From: Candidatus Limnocylindrales bacterium | Lineage (GTDB): Bacteria > Chloroflexota > Limnocylindria > Limnocylindrales > CSP1-4 | Direction of reading: 5' to 3' | Length of the DNA: 59,756 nucleotides | Assembly: GCA_038211705.1 (NCBI GenBank) | Contig: JBBQVJ010000001.1 | Location: 1-59,756, forward strand | Part shown: piece after piece, positions 35,770 to 45,129 of the stretch | Position numbering within the stretch: position 1 is the first letter of the stretch | Layout of the letters: every line of letters starts with the position of its first letter | Translations under genes and position numbers: made by a program | Notes under the pieces: model-generated | The model's database searches: none | What the model was told of the DNA's origin: nothing | What the model saw: the letters and a program-made list of their open reading frames with translations, nothing else

Positions 35770-37136
35770 GCGTCCTCGATCAGCTCGGGGTCGCGCAGCG
35801 CCGGGTCATCGACGAGGTGAGCGCGCGCCGCTCCGACAAGATAGAGCGAACCGGCGATGACGACCGGCCCGACGCCGGCGCTCGCTCGCTCCAGCGCGCC
35901 GATCGGGTCTGGCTCGGCGACGATACGCCCCGGGCCGGAGGCGCCGGACGACCGCCCCGCAACGGCCGACCGCCATCTGGCCGCCAACGCCTCGGCCGGC
36001 ATGGCGCGGGGTACGGGCAGGCTGGTCGCGATGACCGTCGCCCCGACCAACGCCTCCGAGGCGAGGAGCGCCGCGATGACGCCGTCGACGTCCTTGTCGG
36101 CCATCGTGGCGGTCACCAGCGTGACCGGGCCATCGCTGAGGAAGGGCCGCAGATCCTCCAGGGCAACGGCCAGCGCGGCGGCACCGGCCGGGTTATGCGC
36201 CCCGTCGAGCAGCACGTCGCGATCGCCGACGCGAATGAGCTCGAGCCGGCCGGACCAGACGGCCGACGCGTAGCCGCGCCGCCGGGCATCGTCCGGGACA
36301 CTGGCGATGCCGGCCGCCTCGAGGGCATCGAGCGTCGCGTCGGCGATGGCCACATTGGCGGCCTGGTGTCGTCCCCGCAGTCCGACCCGGATCGGACCGA
36401 GACGCGGCAGGTCCACCTCGATCGCGTCACGGTCCCAGCCGAGGATGGGCACGGGAGCCACCTCGGTCAGTGGCACCTCGAGGCGGCGCGCGCGTCGGCG
36501 GATGACCGCCAGACCGTCACCGCGCGCGCCGGTGACGGCCAGATCGCCACGCTCGATGATGGCCGCCTTCTCGCGGGCGATCGCGGTGACCGTGTCGCCG
36601 AGGCGATCCATGTGGTCGAGGTCAACATTGGTCACCACGGCCACCCCGCCGTCCCAGGCATGCGTCGCATCCAGCCGCCCACCGAGCCCGACCTCGACCA
36701 GCGCGAGGTCCGGCCGGACCTCCGCGAAGCGGGCGAACACCACGGCCGTCAGCAGCTCGAATTCGGTCGGCTCGCCGTGCCGTGGCGCGACCCGGTCGGC
36801 GGCGGCGAGGACGCGCGACACCAGCCGGGCGAAGTCGTCGGGCGCGATCGGCCGACCGTCGACCTGGATCCGCTCGCGGTAGGTCACGAGGTGCGGCTTG
36901 GGCGTCGTTCCCACGCGAAGACCGCCGGCCCGGAGCGCCGCGTCGGCCAGGGCGAGGACGCTGCCCTTGCCGTTGGTCCCGGCGATCAACGCGCCACGGA
37001 CCGATCGCTCGGGGTGGTCGAGCTCGCGCAGCAGCGCCCGCGTCCGCCCCAGCCCGAGCCGGATCCCGAACCGACCGCGCTCTGACAGGGCGTGGAGCGC
37101 TTCGTGGTACGTCAGGCCGGCCGGCCGTTCGATCAT
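35766..37136 (-). CDS. folC: Folylpolyglutamate synthase / dihydrofolate synthase
   Basis: P-loop AGTNGKGS, Mur-ligase middle and C-terminal domains. Start taken at Met36 of the ORF. ATGA overlap with folP. Confidence 0.9.
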   Translation of the reverse strand: MIERPAGLTYHEALHALSERGRFGIRLGLGRTRALLRELDHPERSVRGALIAGTNGKGSVLALADAALRAGGLRVGTTPKPHLVTYRERIQVDGRPIAPDDFARLVSRVLAAADRVAPRHGEPTEFELLTAVVFARFAEVRPDLALVEVGLGGRLDATHAWDGGVAVVTNVDLDHMDRLGDTVTAIAREKAAIIERGDLAVTGARGDGLAVIRRRARRLEVPLTEVAPVPILGWDRDAIEVDLPRLGPIRVGLRGRHQAANVAIADATLDALEAAGIASVPDDARRRGYASAVWSGRLELIRVGDRDVLLDGAHNPAGAAALAVALEDLRPFLSDGPVTLVTATMADKDVDGVIAALLASEALVGATVIATSLPVPRAMPAEALAARWRSAVAGRSSGASGPGRIVAEPDPIGALERASAGVGPVVIAGSLYLVGAARAHLVDDPALRDPELIEDA

Positions 37137-37146
37137 CGCTCGCCCA

Positions 37147-37410
37147 TCACTCGCGGGACAGCTCGTCCTCGTAGAAGACGCACTGGTTGAAGCGCGGCGT
37201 GAGGCAGACGTCGTTGACGTAGCCCTGCTCCATGTGGACACCGCCGCGCAGCTGACAACGCGAGGTGTTCGTGTCCTGGCGGATGAGCGCCTTGAGGAGG
37301 TGGGGTGCCTGGATCGGGATCGCCCCGCGGCTGCCGGTCATGTAGAAATGCGGGCAGACGTTGCGTCGGAGATTGGGCAGGCCGAAACCGGGACGCATCA
37401 TCGCGGGCAT
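37147..37410 (-). CDS. Small Cys-containing hypothetical protein (87 aa) directly upstream of folC
   Basis: Only the last 87 codons of shadow ORF 37147..39096 look protein-like: NVCPHFYMTGSRGAIPIQAPHLLKALIRQDTNTSRCQLRGGVHMEQGYVNDVCLTPRFNQCVFYEDE. Confidence 0.45.
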   Translation of the reverse strand: MPAMMRPGFGLPNLRRNVCPHFYMTGSRGAIPIQAPHLLKALIRQDTNTSRCQLRGGVHMEQGYVNDVCLTPRFNQCVFYEDELSRE

Positions 37411-37857
37411 GGCGGGAATGGCACCGGGAGCTCCGGTTCCGCCCGGCGCCGACGCCGGCGATTGTGAGACCCGGGCGATCGGGCCGACCCCGAACTCCGG
37501 ACGCCCAGTCGAGCCGGACGCCCTCCGCCCGGCCCGCGGATCGCGAGCCTGCACTCCCATCCCTCGATGTTCAGGGCGCCCGCGACGAGACTCGTCACGC
37601 GCGCGACCTCGCCAGAGTACATCCCACCGCACCGACGAGCACGACGACGCCAGCCGGGCAGACGCCGCCATGCACCGTTCGGATGGCGCCATGCGACAAT
37701 CCGCCCGATGACGACACGGCGCGATCACCGGCAGACGCACGTCAGGCCGCGTCCTCCGTCCACCGGCCGGCCGGCGCCGGTCAGGGTCAAGCCGCGCTCG
37801 CCCGGTCCCGTCCGGCTGTCCGGTCATCAGCCGATCAAGCGCAGCCGCGGCGTGCCC

Positions 37858-38907
37858 ATGGTCTTCCGGCTCGGGCTGCTCGTCGCCGTGCTCGCGCTCT
37901 CGGTGGGTGTCCTGCTGGTTGGGATGAAGGGGTTCGGGTCCATCGTCGGCGGGCTGGGCTCGGCGTTTGGTGGCTTCGTCGCGGGGGTCACATCGACACC
38001 GTCGCCCAAGCCCGTCGTCGTGACCGTCGCCGATCCCCCGTCGCTCGATCAGCCAAGCGAGCCGTACACGGCCGAAACGACCGTCGACCTGGTGGTGACG
38101 GTGCCAGCCGCGCTGATCGGCAGCTCGGATCATCGGATCAAGGTCTACCTGCAGCTGCCCGAACAGCCGCCGACCGCGATCCAGGAGTCGGCCATCGCCG
38201 ACACGCCCAAGACCATCATCCCGGTCACCCTCGAGAAGGGCATCAACGATTTCACCGTGACCCTCACCGGGCCCGGCGGGGAATCCGATCCGTCGGCGGT
38301 CGCCCGCTACGTGTTCGACGCGGTGGCTCCAAAGATCACCCTGACCTCGCCCAAGGACAATGCGATCGTCAACGGCAAGGCGGTCAACATCAAGGGCAAG
38401 ACGCAGGCCCGGACCACCCTCCTCGCCCGCAACGAGGCGAGCGGATCGTCGATCGCGGGCACGGCCGAGTCCGACGGCACGTTCACCCTCAGCCTCGCGC
38501 TCAGCCCCGGCGTCAACATGATCACCATCACCGGGACCGACCCGGCCGGCAACGTGACCGAGACCAGCCTCACCGTGCGGCGCGGCTCGGGCAAGCTGAC
38601 CGCCGCCCTCACCGCGTCGAGCTATCGGATCAGGCGCACGAAGCTGCCCGAACCGGTGACCCTGTACGCCACCGTCACCGACCCCGATGGTCGAGCGATC
38701 GCGGGCGCGGACATCACGTTCACGCTGAGCATCCCGGGCATCCCTACCGTCACCATCGACGGCCGGACGTCCGAGAGCGGCAAAGCCTCGTTCCAGACGA
38801 CGATTCCCAAGGGCGCGACCCTCGGCCAGGGCAGCGCGACGGTCCTCGTCTCGACCTCTGAGTTCGGCCCGGCGTCCGACAACGCGGTGATCACCATCAT
38901 CAAGTGA
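37858..38907 (+). CDS. Membrane-anchored protein with three Ig-like (bacterial Ig/invasin-type) domains
   Basis: TM LGLLVAVLALSVGVLLVG followed by beta-rich repeats (ITLTSPKDNAIVNGKAVNIKGKT.., VTLYATVTDPDGRAIAGADITFTL). An alternative start is Met at 37708. Confidence 0.7.
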   Translation: MVFRLGLLVAVLALSVGVLLVGMKGFGSIVGGLGSAFGGFVAGVTSTPSPKPVVVTVADPPSLDQPSEPYTAETTVDLVVTVPAALIGSSDHRIKVYLQLPEQPPTAIQESAIADTPKTIIPVTLEKGINDFTVTLTGPGGESDPSAVARYVFDAVAPKITLTSPKDNAIVNGKAVNIKGKTQARTTLLARNEASGSSIAGTAESDGTFTLSLALSPGVNMITITGTDPAGNVTETSLTVRRGSGKLTAALTASSYRIRRTKLPEPVTLYATVTDPDGRAIAGADITFTLSIPGIPTVTIDGRTSESGKASFQTTIPKGATLGQGSATVLVSTSEFGPASDNAVITIIK

Positions 38908-38994
38908 CCCACGGCCGCGGTGGCCGCGGCGCGACGGCCGGCGCACGGTCGCGCCGAATTCGACAGCGACGTCATTCGCAGCTACCATCCCGCC

Positions 38995-39492
38995 ATGCCG
39001 ATGTGGCGCTGTCCGCACTGCGGGACACCCCAGGCCGAGACGGCCAGGTGTTGGGTCTGCCGACGATCCAGCACGGCGTGCGCCACCTGTCAGCACTTCA
39101 GACGATCGGTCGCCGCCCAGCTCGGCTACTGCGGACTCGACCTCAAGCGAAGGCCGCTGCGGGGCGATGAGATCCGGGGCTGCTGGGAGCCGGCGGTGGG
39201 GCTGCCCGAGGCCCCGTCGGTCGGCGGGTCGAAGCCGGCTCCCGCGGCGCTCGACGCGGTCGAGGAGCGAACTCCTGTTCGGAAGCTCGAGTTCGTCGAG
39301 GTCCGGACTTCGACTGGGAAGGCTCCTCGCCGGACGACCGATGGCGCCGCACGGAGGAAGCGGCCGGCGGGCATGACCGCCGACGGCGCCCTCGGCGCCG
39401 ATGACCCGTCGACCGACGATGACGAGCCGTCCGGCCCGATCGTCCCCGTGGTCGAGCCGGGCTGGAGCTTGTGGGGCGACGCCGAGTTCTGA
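38995..39492 (+). CDS. Zinc-ribbon protein with a basic/acidic disordered tail
   Basis: MPMWRCPHCGTPQAETARCWVCRRSSTACATCQHF..YCGLD..GCWE: CxxC pairs. Confidence 0.55.
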   Translation: MPMWRCPHCGTPQAETARCWVCRRSSTACATCQHFRRSVAAQLGYCGLDLKRRPLRGDEIRGCWEPAVGLPEAPSVGGSKPAPAALDAVEERTPVRKLEFVEVRTSTGKAPRRTTDGAARRKRPAGMTADGALGADDPSTDDDEPSGPIVPVVEPGWSLWGDAEF

Positions 39493-39514
39493 CCCGGCAT
39501 CGGCCCGTGGAGCG

Positions 39515-40924
39515 CTAGAGGCCCGCTGGTCGCGTCCCGAGGGTGACCTGGAGCGTCATCGTCTTGCCGTCGCGCAGGACCTGCACCTTGACCGTGCCGC
39601 CCGGTGAGAACTGGGCGAGCGTGGCGTCGAGCGGGTGCTCCTCGTCGATGACCTTGTCGTTGATGCTCACGATGATGTCGCCGTTCTTGACGCCGCCGAG
39701 ATCGGCCGGCTTGCCGGGCTCGACGCCTGACACCGGCTGGCCATTGGCATCGACGCCACCGACCAGCGCGCCCACATTGACCGGAAGCTTCTGGTCGGCC
39801 GCGACCTGGCGGGTGACCGAGACGAAGTGGATGCCCATGTATGGCCGGCTGAGCGCTTCACCGGCGACGGCCTGGGCCATGATCGGTCGGGCGACATCGA
39901 TCGGGATGGCAAAGCCGATCCCGTTGCTGTTCGACGCGATCGCGGTGTTGATGCCGATGACGTTGCCGCCCGCGTCGAGCAGCGGACCGCCGGAGTTGCC
40001 CGGGTTGATCGCGGCGTCGGTCTGGATCAGGTTGGTCAGCGATTCGTTGTTGTCGGTCGTGATCGAGCGACCCTTGGCCGACACGATGCCGCTGGTGACT
40101 GAGTTCGAGTAGGTGCCCAGCGGGCTGCCGATGGCGACCACCAGCTGGCCGACCTTGAGCGCGTCGGACTCCCCGACCGCGGCGGACGGCAGGTCGGTGG
40201 CGTTGACCTTGACGATGGCCAGGTCGGTCAGGGTGTCGATGCCGTAGACGCTGCCCTCGAGGACGCGGCCGTCCTTGAGCTCGACGTCGAACTTCTCGCC
40301 GCCCTCGACGACGTGGTGGTTCGTCAGGATCCAGCCGTTGCTGTCGAAGATGACCCCCGAGCCGACGCCGGTCGCGGGGATGACGCCCAGGTTGCCGGCA
40401 TCGGAACTGCCGGTGACGGTGATCCGGACGACGGCCGGGCTGACCTTGGCGGCCACGGCGATGGTCGCCGAGGACTCATCGATCGCCAGCGGCTGGACGG
40501 CACCGGCATTGGTCGCCTGGGCGCCGGCCGGCGAGGTCGCTGCGGGTCGGTCGAGCGCCCCGGCCGCGTCGAGGGCGAGGACGGTGCCGCCCGATGCGAG
40601 CACGGCCGAGAGGAGCGTCGCGGCCAGCAGCGATCCGCCACCGCGGCCGTTGCGGCCGGTCTGGGTGCCGGCCGCCGGGACCGTCGTCGGGGCCGGTGCC
40701 GGTTCGTACCATCGCTCGGGTGTCACCGGCGCGGTCTCGTCCCAGGAGCGCGCCCAGTCGGCGCGTGGCTCGGGCGCCGGAGTGTAGCGGTCGACGGTGG
40801 GACCGCCCGGCTCGATCGGCGCCGTGTCGGGCGCCTGGTCGGCCGGCTGGTCGGCCGACGGGACAGCGTGTCGCTCGGTGAGATCGCCTGGGTCGGTGGC
40901 GTCGGTTCGTGGTTCGTCATGCAT
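39515..40924 (-). CDS. HtrA/DegP-family serine protease with a PDZ domain (PepD-like)
   Basis: Catalytic ILTNHHVV, D, GNSGGPLL. C-terminal PDZ. Pro-rich N-terminus plus TM. Confidence 0.9.
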   Translation of the reverse strand: MHDEPRTDATDPGDLTERHAVPSADQPADQAPDTAPIEPGGPTVDRYTPAPEPRADWARSWDETAPVTPERWYEPAPAPTTVPAAGTQTGRNGRGGGSLLAATLLSAVLASGGTVLALDAAGALDRPAATSPAGAQATNAGAVQPLAIDESSATIAVAAKVSPAVVRITVTGSSDAGNLGVIPATGVGSGVIFDSNGWILTNHHVVEGGEKFDVELKDGRVLEGSVYGIDTLTDLAIVKVNATDLPSAAVGESDALKVGQLVVAIGSPLGTYSNSVTSGIVSAKGRSITTDNNESLTNLIQTDAAINPGNSGGPLLDAGGNVIGINTAIASNSNGIGFAIPIDVARPIMAQAVAGEALSRPYMGIHFVSVTRQVAADQKLPVNVGALVGGVDANGQPVSGVEPGKPADLGGVKNGDIIVSINDKVIDEEHPLDATLAQFSPGGTVKVQVLRDGKTMTLQVTLGTRPAGL

Positions 40925-40988
40925 GGTGGAGGCAGGTTCCTTGATGGCGAGGACCGGTGAGCGGTCGATGAGGATGGGTGATCACGTC

Positions 40989-42710
40989 CTAGGGTGCAGC
41001 CTGCGGGTTGACCTGCGGGCGCTCGGACGGTGAAGTTTCCTGCACGTTTGGTGCGAGCAGGCCGGTATCGGTCATGACGGCCTTGTCCTCGCGCGCCTGG
41101 CCATCGGCCGCCGACGCGACCGCCGCGCGCTCGGCCGCGGGCGTGCCCTCGACCAATCGGGGATCGCGCGGCAGGGTGACGATGAATCGAGAGCCCCGCC
41201 CGACGAGGCTCTCGACGTCGACCACACCACCGTGCATGTCGACGATCGAGCGGACGATCGCGAGCCCCAGCCCGCTCCCGCTGCCGCGCGCCTCGTTGGC
41301 TCGCGACCCTCGGTAGAAGCGCTCGAAGATGAATGGCAGCTCGGCGGCCTCGATGCCGACGCCGGTGTCGGTCACCTCGATCCGGGCGCCGTCAGGTGTC
41401 GCCGCGGCATCGACCGAGACCGAACCGCCCCGGGGCGTGAACTTGACCGCGTTGGCGACGAGGTTGGCCACCACCTGACCGATCCGCTGGGGATCGTGGC
41501 GGATGCGGACCGGGGCCACGGGCAGGTGGAGCGAGAGCTCGATGCCGCGCCGCCGGGCCGCCGCCATCGACTGCTCGACCGCGGTCTCGACCGCCGCCCG
41601 CAGGTCGTCCGGTCGGAGGTCGAGCAGGACCAGCCCCGAGTCGAGCTTGGACAGTTCGAGCAGGTTCTGGGCGAGCCAGTCCAGCCGCTCGATCTGCTGC
41701 CTACTCGACTCGAGGAACTCCGCCCGGGCGTCGGGATCGTCGGCGGCGCCCTCCGTGAGCAGCTCGTTGAAGGTGCGCAGGGCCGCCAGCGGCGTCCGCA
41801 GTTCGTGCGAGACATCGGCCAGGAAGTCGCGGCTTCGGTCGCGGTCGCGGCGGATGATCTCGACGCTCTCCTGGAGCCGCTCGGCCATCGCGTTGAACTG
41901 GACCGCCAGCTCGGCCATCTCCGATGTCCCGGCACGCACCTCGTCGGCCGGCACGCGCAGGCTGAGATCGCCCTCGGCGAGGCCGCGCGACGCCTCGGTC
42001 AGACGCCGCAGGGGCGTCGTGAAGCGGCGGGCCATGGCCGCCGAGACGAGCACGCTCAGACCCAGCGCGAACAGGGCGACCGCGGCGAGCAACCCGGTGA
42101 CGTTGGCCAGTGCCGTCGCCCGGAAGGTGTATGGGTTGGACAGCGTCACCTGCAGCACGTACGGCGTCCACAGGTCGCCGCCGCCGTACTCCTCGGGCAC
42201 CGAGACGTTCTTCTCCTGCGTCTGGCCGACCTCGGGCGAGGCCTCAAGGTTGATCCGGATCGGGTCTACCTTGGCCGGCACGAAGACCCGGCCTTCGCCG
42301 CCGGCGACCCATTGTCCGAAGGTGAGCTGGACGTCGGCCTGGGCGAGACTGTCGGCAATGAAGCGCTGGATGTCGTGGTCGGCGAGCGCGAGGAGGACGA
42401 TCGGTGCGACGTCGTTGTCCGGGCCCACGACGGGCCGGCCGGCGGCCGCGACGTCGGCCAGTGACTCGACGTACGTGTCGACCGATTTCGCGCGCTGGTC
42501 GAGGTCCGCCTGCTGCTGCTTGGTGAAGTAGTCGTCGAGCCGGTTGATGACAAGGGCCGTGACGAGCAGCAGGGTCAGCGCGACGACCGCCAGGAACGCG
42601 CCGGTCAGGCGACCCTGGAACGTCCGCGGGAAGAGCCGGCGCAGTCGACGCGGAAGACGGGCGCCCCGTTCCGCGGGTCGTTCAGCGCTCGGCGAATGCG
42701 TAGCCGACAC
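40989..42710 (-). CDS. Sensor histidine kinase (MprB-like; 2 TM, HAMP, HisKA, HATPase_c)
   Basis: FLADVSHELRTPLAAL, NLVANAVKFT, DTGVGI, GSGLGLAIV. Confidence 0.9.
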   Translation of the reverse strand: MSATHSPSAERPAERGARLPRRLRRLFPRTFQGRLTGAFLAVVALTLLLVTALVINRLDDYFTKQQQADLDQRAKSVDTYVESLADVAAAGRPVVGPDNDVAPIVLLALADHDIQRFIADSLAQADVQLTFGQWVAGGEGRVFVPAKVDPIRINLEASPEVGQTQEKNVSVPEEYGGGDLWTPYVLQVTLSNPYTFRATALANVTGLLAAVALFALGLSVLVSAAMARRFTTPLRRLTEASRGLAEGDLSLRVPADEVRAGTSEMAELAVQFNAMAERLQESVEIIRRDRDRSRDFLADVSHELRTPLAALRTFNELLTEGAADDPDARAEFLESSRQQIERLDWLAQNLLELSKLDSGLVLLDLRPDDLRAAVETAVEQSMAAARRRGIELSLHLPVAPVRIRHDPQRIGQVVANLVANAVKFTPRGGSVSVDAAATPDGARIEVTDTGVGIEAAELPFIFERFYRGSRANEARGSGSGLGLAIVRSIVDMHGGVVDVESLVGRGSRFIVTLPRDPRLVEGTPAAERAAVASAADGQAREDKAVMTDTGLLAPNVQETSPSERPQVNPQAAP

Positions 42711-43380
42711 CTCGGACCGTCAGAACGAACACGGGCAGCGCCGGGTCATCCTCGATCTTGTCGCGCAGGTGGCTGACGTGGACGTTGATGGTCTTCTCGT
42801 CCTGGTCGAGCGCCTCGTAGTCACGCAGCAGCTCGAGCAGCTCGGAGCGGGTGTAGACACGGCCGGGCCGGCTGGCCAGGTGACGAAGGATCTCGAATTC
42901 GGTCGGGGTCAGGCTCACTCGTCGGTCGCCGCGCTGGACGCGACGGCGCTCGAGGTCGATGAGCAGGTCGCCGTGGCGGATGACCCGGCCACCGACCGCA
43001 TCCGAGAGGTCGCCGTACGAGCGCCGCAGAAGCGCCTTGATCCGGCTCATCAGCTCGCGCAGCCCGAACGGCTTGGTCAGGTAGTCGTCGGCCCCAAGCT
43101 CGAGCCCGATCACCTTGTCGACCTCGTCGTCGCGCGCGGTCAGGACGAGGACCGGCATCTTGGCGCCGGCCGCTCGAATGCGACGGAGGACCTCGAACCC
43201 GTCCATCCCGGGGAGGCGCACGTCGAGCACCACGAGATCCGGCGCCTGGCGGGTGGCGATCTCCAGACCTTCCTCGCCGGATCGGGCCACGGCGACCTCG
43301 TAGCCCTCCTGCTGGAGGGCGTACTGGATCCCGCGGGCGACCGCGTGTTCGTCTTCGACGATGAGGATGGTGGCTGCCAC
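42682..43380 (-). CDS. OmpR-family response regulator (MprA-like)
   Basis: ILIVEDEHAV, LVVLDVRLPGMDG, TARD, KPF, winged helix VRGVGY. Confidence 0.9.
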   Translation of the reverse strand: MAATILIVEDEHAVARGIQYALQQEGYEVAVARSGEEGLEIATRQAPDLVVLDVRLPGMDGFEVLRRIRAAGAKMPVLVLTARDDEVDKVIGLELGADDYLTKPFGLRELMSRIKALLRRSYGDLSDAVGGRVIRHGDLLIDLERRRVQRGDRRVSLTPTEFEILRHLASRPGRVYTRSELLELLRDYEALDQDEKTINVHVSHLRDKIEDDPALPVFVLTVRGVGYAFAER

Positions 43381-43538
43381 GCGGGGATGCTACACCGGGG
43401 CGACCGAATCGCCATCGTGGGCCACGCTCGCGAGGCGTGGTACCCTAGCGGCCGCTACCGGGCGCCTCGCCATCTCCGGCCCCGCCGGCGAGCCGCAGCC
43501 CCTGACTCGACAAAGACCCAGATCCAGAGGTTCCCATC

Positions 43539-44213
43539 ATGTCCACCGCCCGCGCGACGCTGGCCGCCGAACATCGCGACATCATCGGCAAGAAGGTCGC
43601 CGTCCTTCGTCGAGCCGGACGCCTCCCGGCGGTGGTCTACGGCCACGGCGTGGAGTCGTCGAGCATCTCGGTCGACGCCCACGAGTTCGAGCAGCTTCGT
43701 CGCCACAGCGGTCCCAATGCCCTGGTCGACCTGTCGGTCGACGGGAAGAAGGCCAGCCCGGTGCTTGTCTCGGCCGTCCAGGTGCACCCGGTCAATCGCC
43801 GGACCCTCCACGTCGACCTGTTCCTCGTCCGGATGACCGAGGAGCTGACGGTCGATGTGCCGCTCGTCGCGACCGGCGACTCGCCGGCCGTGGCGCTCCA
43901 GGGCGGCACTCTGCTCCACCCGATGGAATCGGTGCGCATCCGCGCCCTGCCGGACCACCTCCCGCAGTCGATCGAGTACTCGGTCGAGTCGCTGACCGAT
44001 TTCGACACGACGATCCATGTCCGCGACCTGATCGTGCCCGATGACGTGACCCTGCTGACCGACGGTGACGAGATCATCGCCAAGGTGCAGGCGCCGCGCG
44101 TCGAGGAAGTCGTCGAGGTCCCGGCCGAGATCGGCGAAGGTGCGCCCGAAGGCGAGGAAGCCGCCGAGGGCGGTGCCGAGGCGTCGACCGACACCGAGGC
44201 CGGCGAGGGCTGA
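43539..44213 (+). CDS. rplY: 50S ribosomal protein L25 / general stress protein Ctc
   Basis: LRRAGRLPAVVYGHG..VQVHPV and an acidic C-terminal tail. Confidence 0.9.
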   Translation: MSTARATLAAEHRDIIGKKVAVLRRAGRLPAVVYGHGVESSSISVDAHEFEQLRRHSGPNALVDLSVDGKKASPVLVSAVQVHPVNRRTLHVDLFLVRMTEELTVDVPLVATGDSPAVALQGGTLLHPMESVRIRALPDHLPQSIEYSVESLTDFDTTIHVRDLIVPDDVTLLTDGDEIIAKVQAPRVEEVVEVPAEIGEGAPEGEEAAEGGAEASTDTEAGEG

Positions 44214-44228
44214 CCGCCGGGCGTCCGG

Positions 44229-45053
44229 TCAGCGAGATCGCCGGCCGGACGCGAACACGATCGGGAAGCGCATCGTCATCCGCTCCGCGGAGAGGGCGGT
44301 CAGGCGCGTTCGAAGCTCGGCGACGAGCCGCTCCCGGACATCCGGGTCGAGCTCGGCGAACAGCGTCTCCTCGTCGAACTCGCGCAGGAAGTCGATGTAG
44401 CCCTCGACCGTGAAGCGGTGCTCGAGGTGGCCGGTGCGAACCTGCACCCCGGCGAAACCCGCGGCCCGAAGCTCCCCCGCCGCGCGTTCGATCGATGGCA
44501 GGTCGCCCGAGCGACCGCCATCGTCGCCACGAGCCTCGATGTCGAGGTCATCGAGCACGTCGTCGAAGGTCGAGTCTGGCAGGAAGATCCGCTCGTCCTG
44601 GAGCCAGGTCACATAGGCCAGCATCCCGCCCGGCCGCAGGACGCGACGCGCCTCGCGCAGCGCTCGTCCCCGGCGCGGCACGAGCTGGAGGACGAACGAC
44701 GACACCGCGCCATCGAAGGCGCCGTTCGGGAACGGCAGATCATCGGCGAAGGCCACCGCCGAGCTGAACCTGGCCCGCTCGCCGGCCGGCAGTCGCCGGT
44801 CCGCCTCGGCGTCGGCGACGTCCCGCATCCCGGCCGAGGCATCGACCCCGACGATCGAGACGTCCGGCCAGCGAGCCAGCGCCCCGAGCGCCAGCTGGCC
44901 GGTCCCGGTCCCGATGTCAACGAGGCGGGTGCGCCCGGTCATCTCGGGAGCGATCCCGTCGAGCAGCGCTTCGACGGCCGGCGCCAGGACAGGCGCCCAC
45001 CATCGCGCGTAGCCGGTGGCGAGACGGTCGTAGCGCTCGGTCTGCTCGGTCAT
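44229..45053 (-). CDS. Class I SAM-dependent methyltransferase
   Basis: LVDIGTGTGQLAL, VGVDAS, VLRPGGMLAY. Start taken at Met47 of the ORF. Confidence 0.8.
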   Translation of the reverse strand: MTEQTERYDRLATGYARWWAPVLAPAVEALLDGIAPEMTGRTRLVDIGTGTGQLALGALARWPDVSIVGVDASAGMRDVADAEADRRLPAGERARFSSAVAFADDLPFPNGAFDGAVSSFVLQLVPRRGRALREARRVLRPGGMLAYVTWLQDERIFLPDSTFDDVLDDLDIEARGDDGGRSGDLPSIERAAGELRAAGFAGVQVRTGHLEHRFTVEGYIDFLREFDEETLFAELDPDVRERLVAELRTRLTALSAERMTMRFPIVFASGRRSR

Positions 45054-45129
45054 CCGCGCATCGTGCCACGCGCCGTCAGGCCCGAGGAAGGGTCGGTGCC
45101 CGACTGGCTCTGGATCGGGCGCCCGATGG

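Noticed and set aside
37411-39096. N-terminal 560 codons of ORF 37147..39096
   Set aside because: They overlap the well-supported plus-strand Ig-like domain gene and have Arg/Gly/Asp shadow composition. Only the last 87 codons were kept, as a low-confidence CDS.
39515-43380. RR-HK-HtrA operon as something novel
   Set aside because: The arrangement and motifs match the well-known MprA/MprB/PepD-type envelope-stress module of actinobacteria, which is an ordinary feature.
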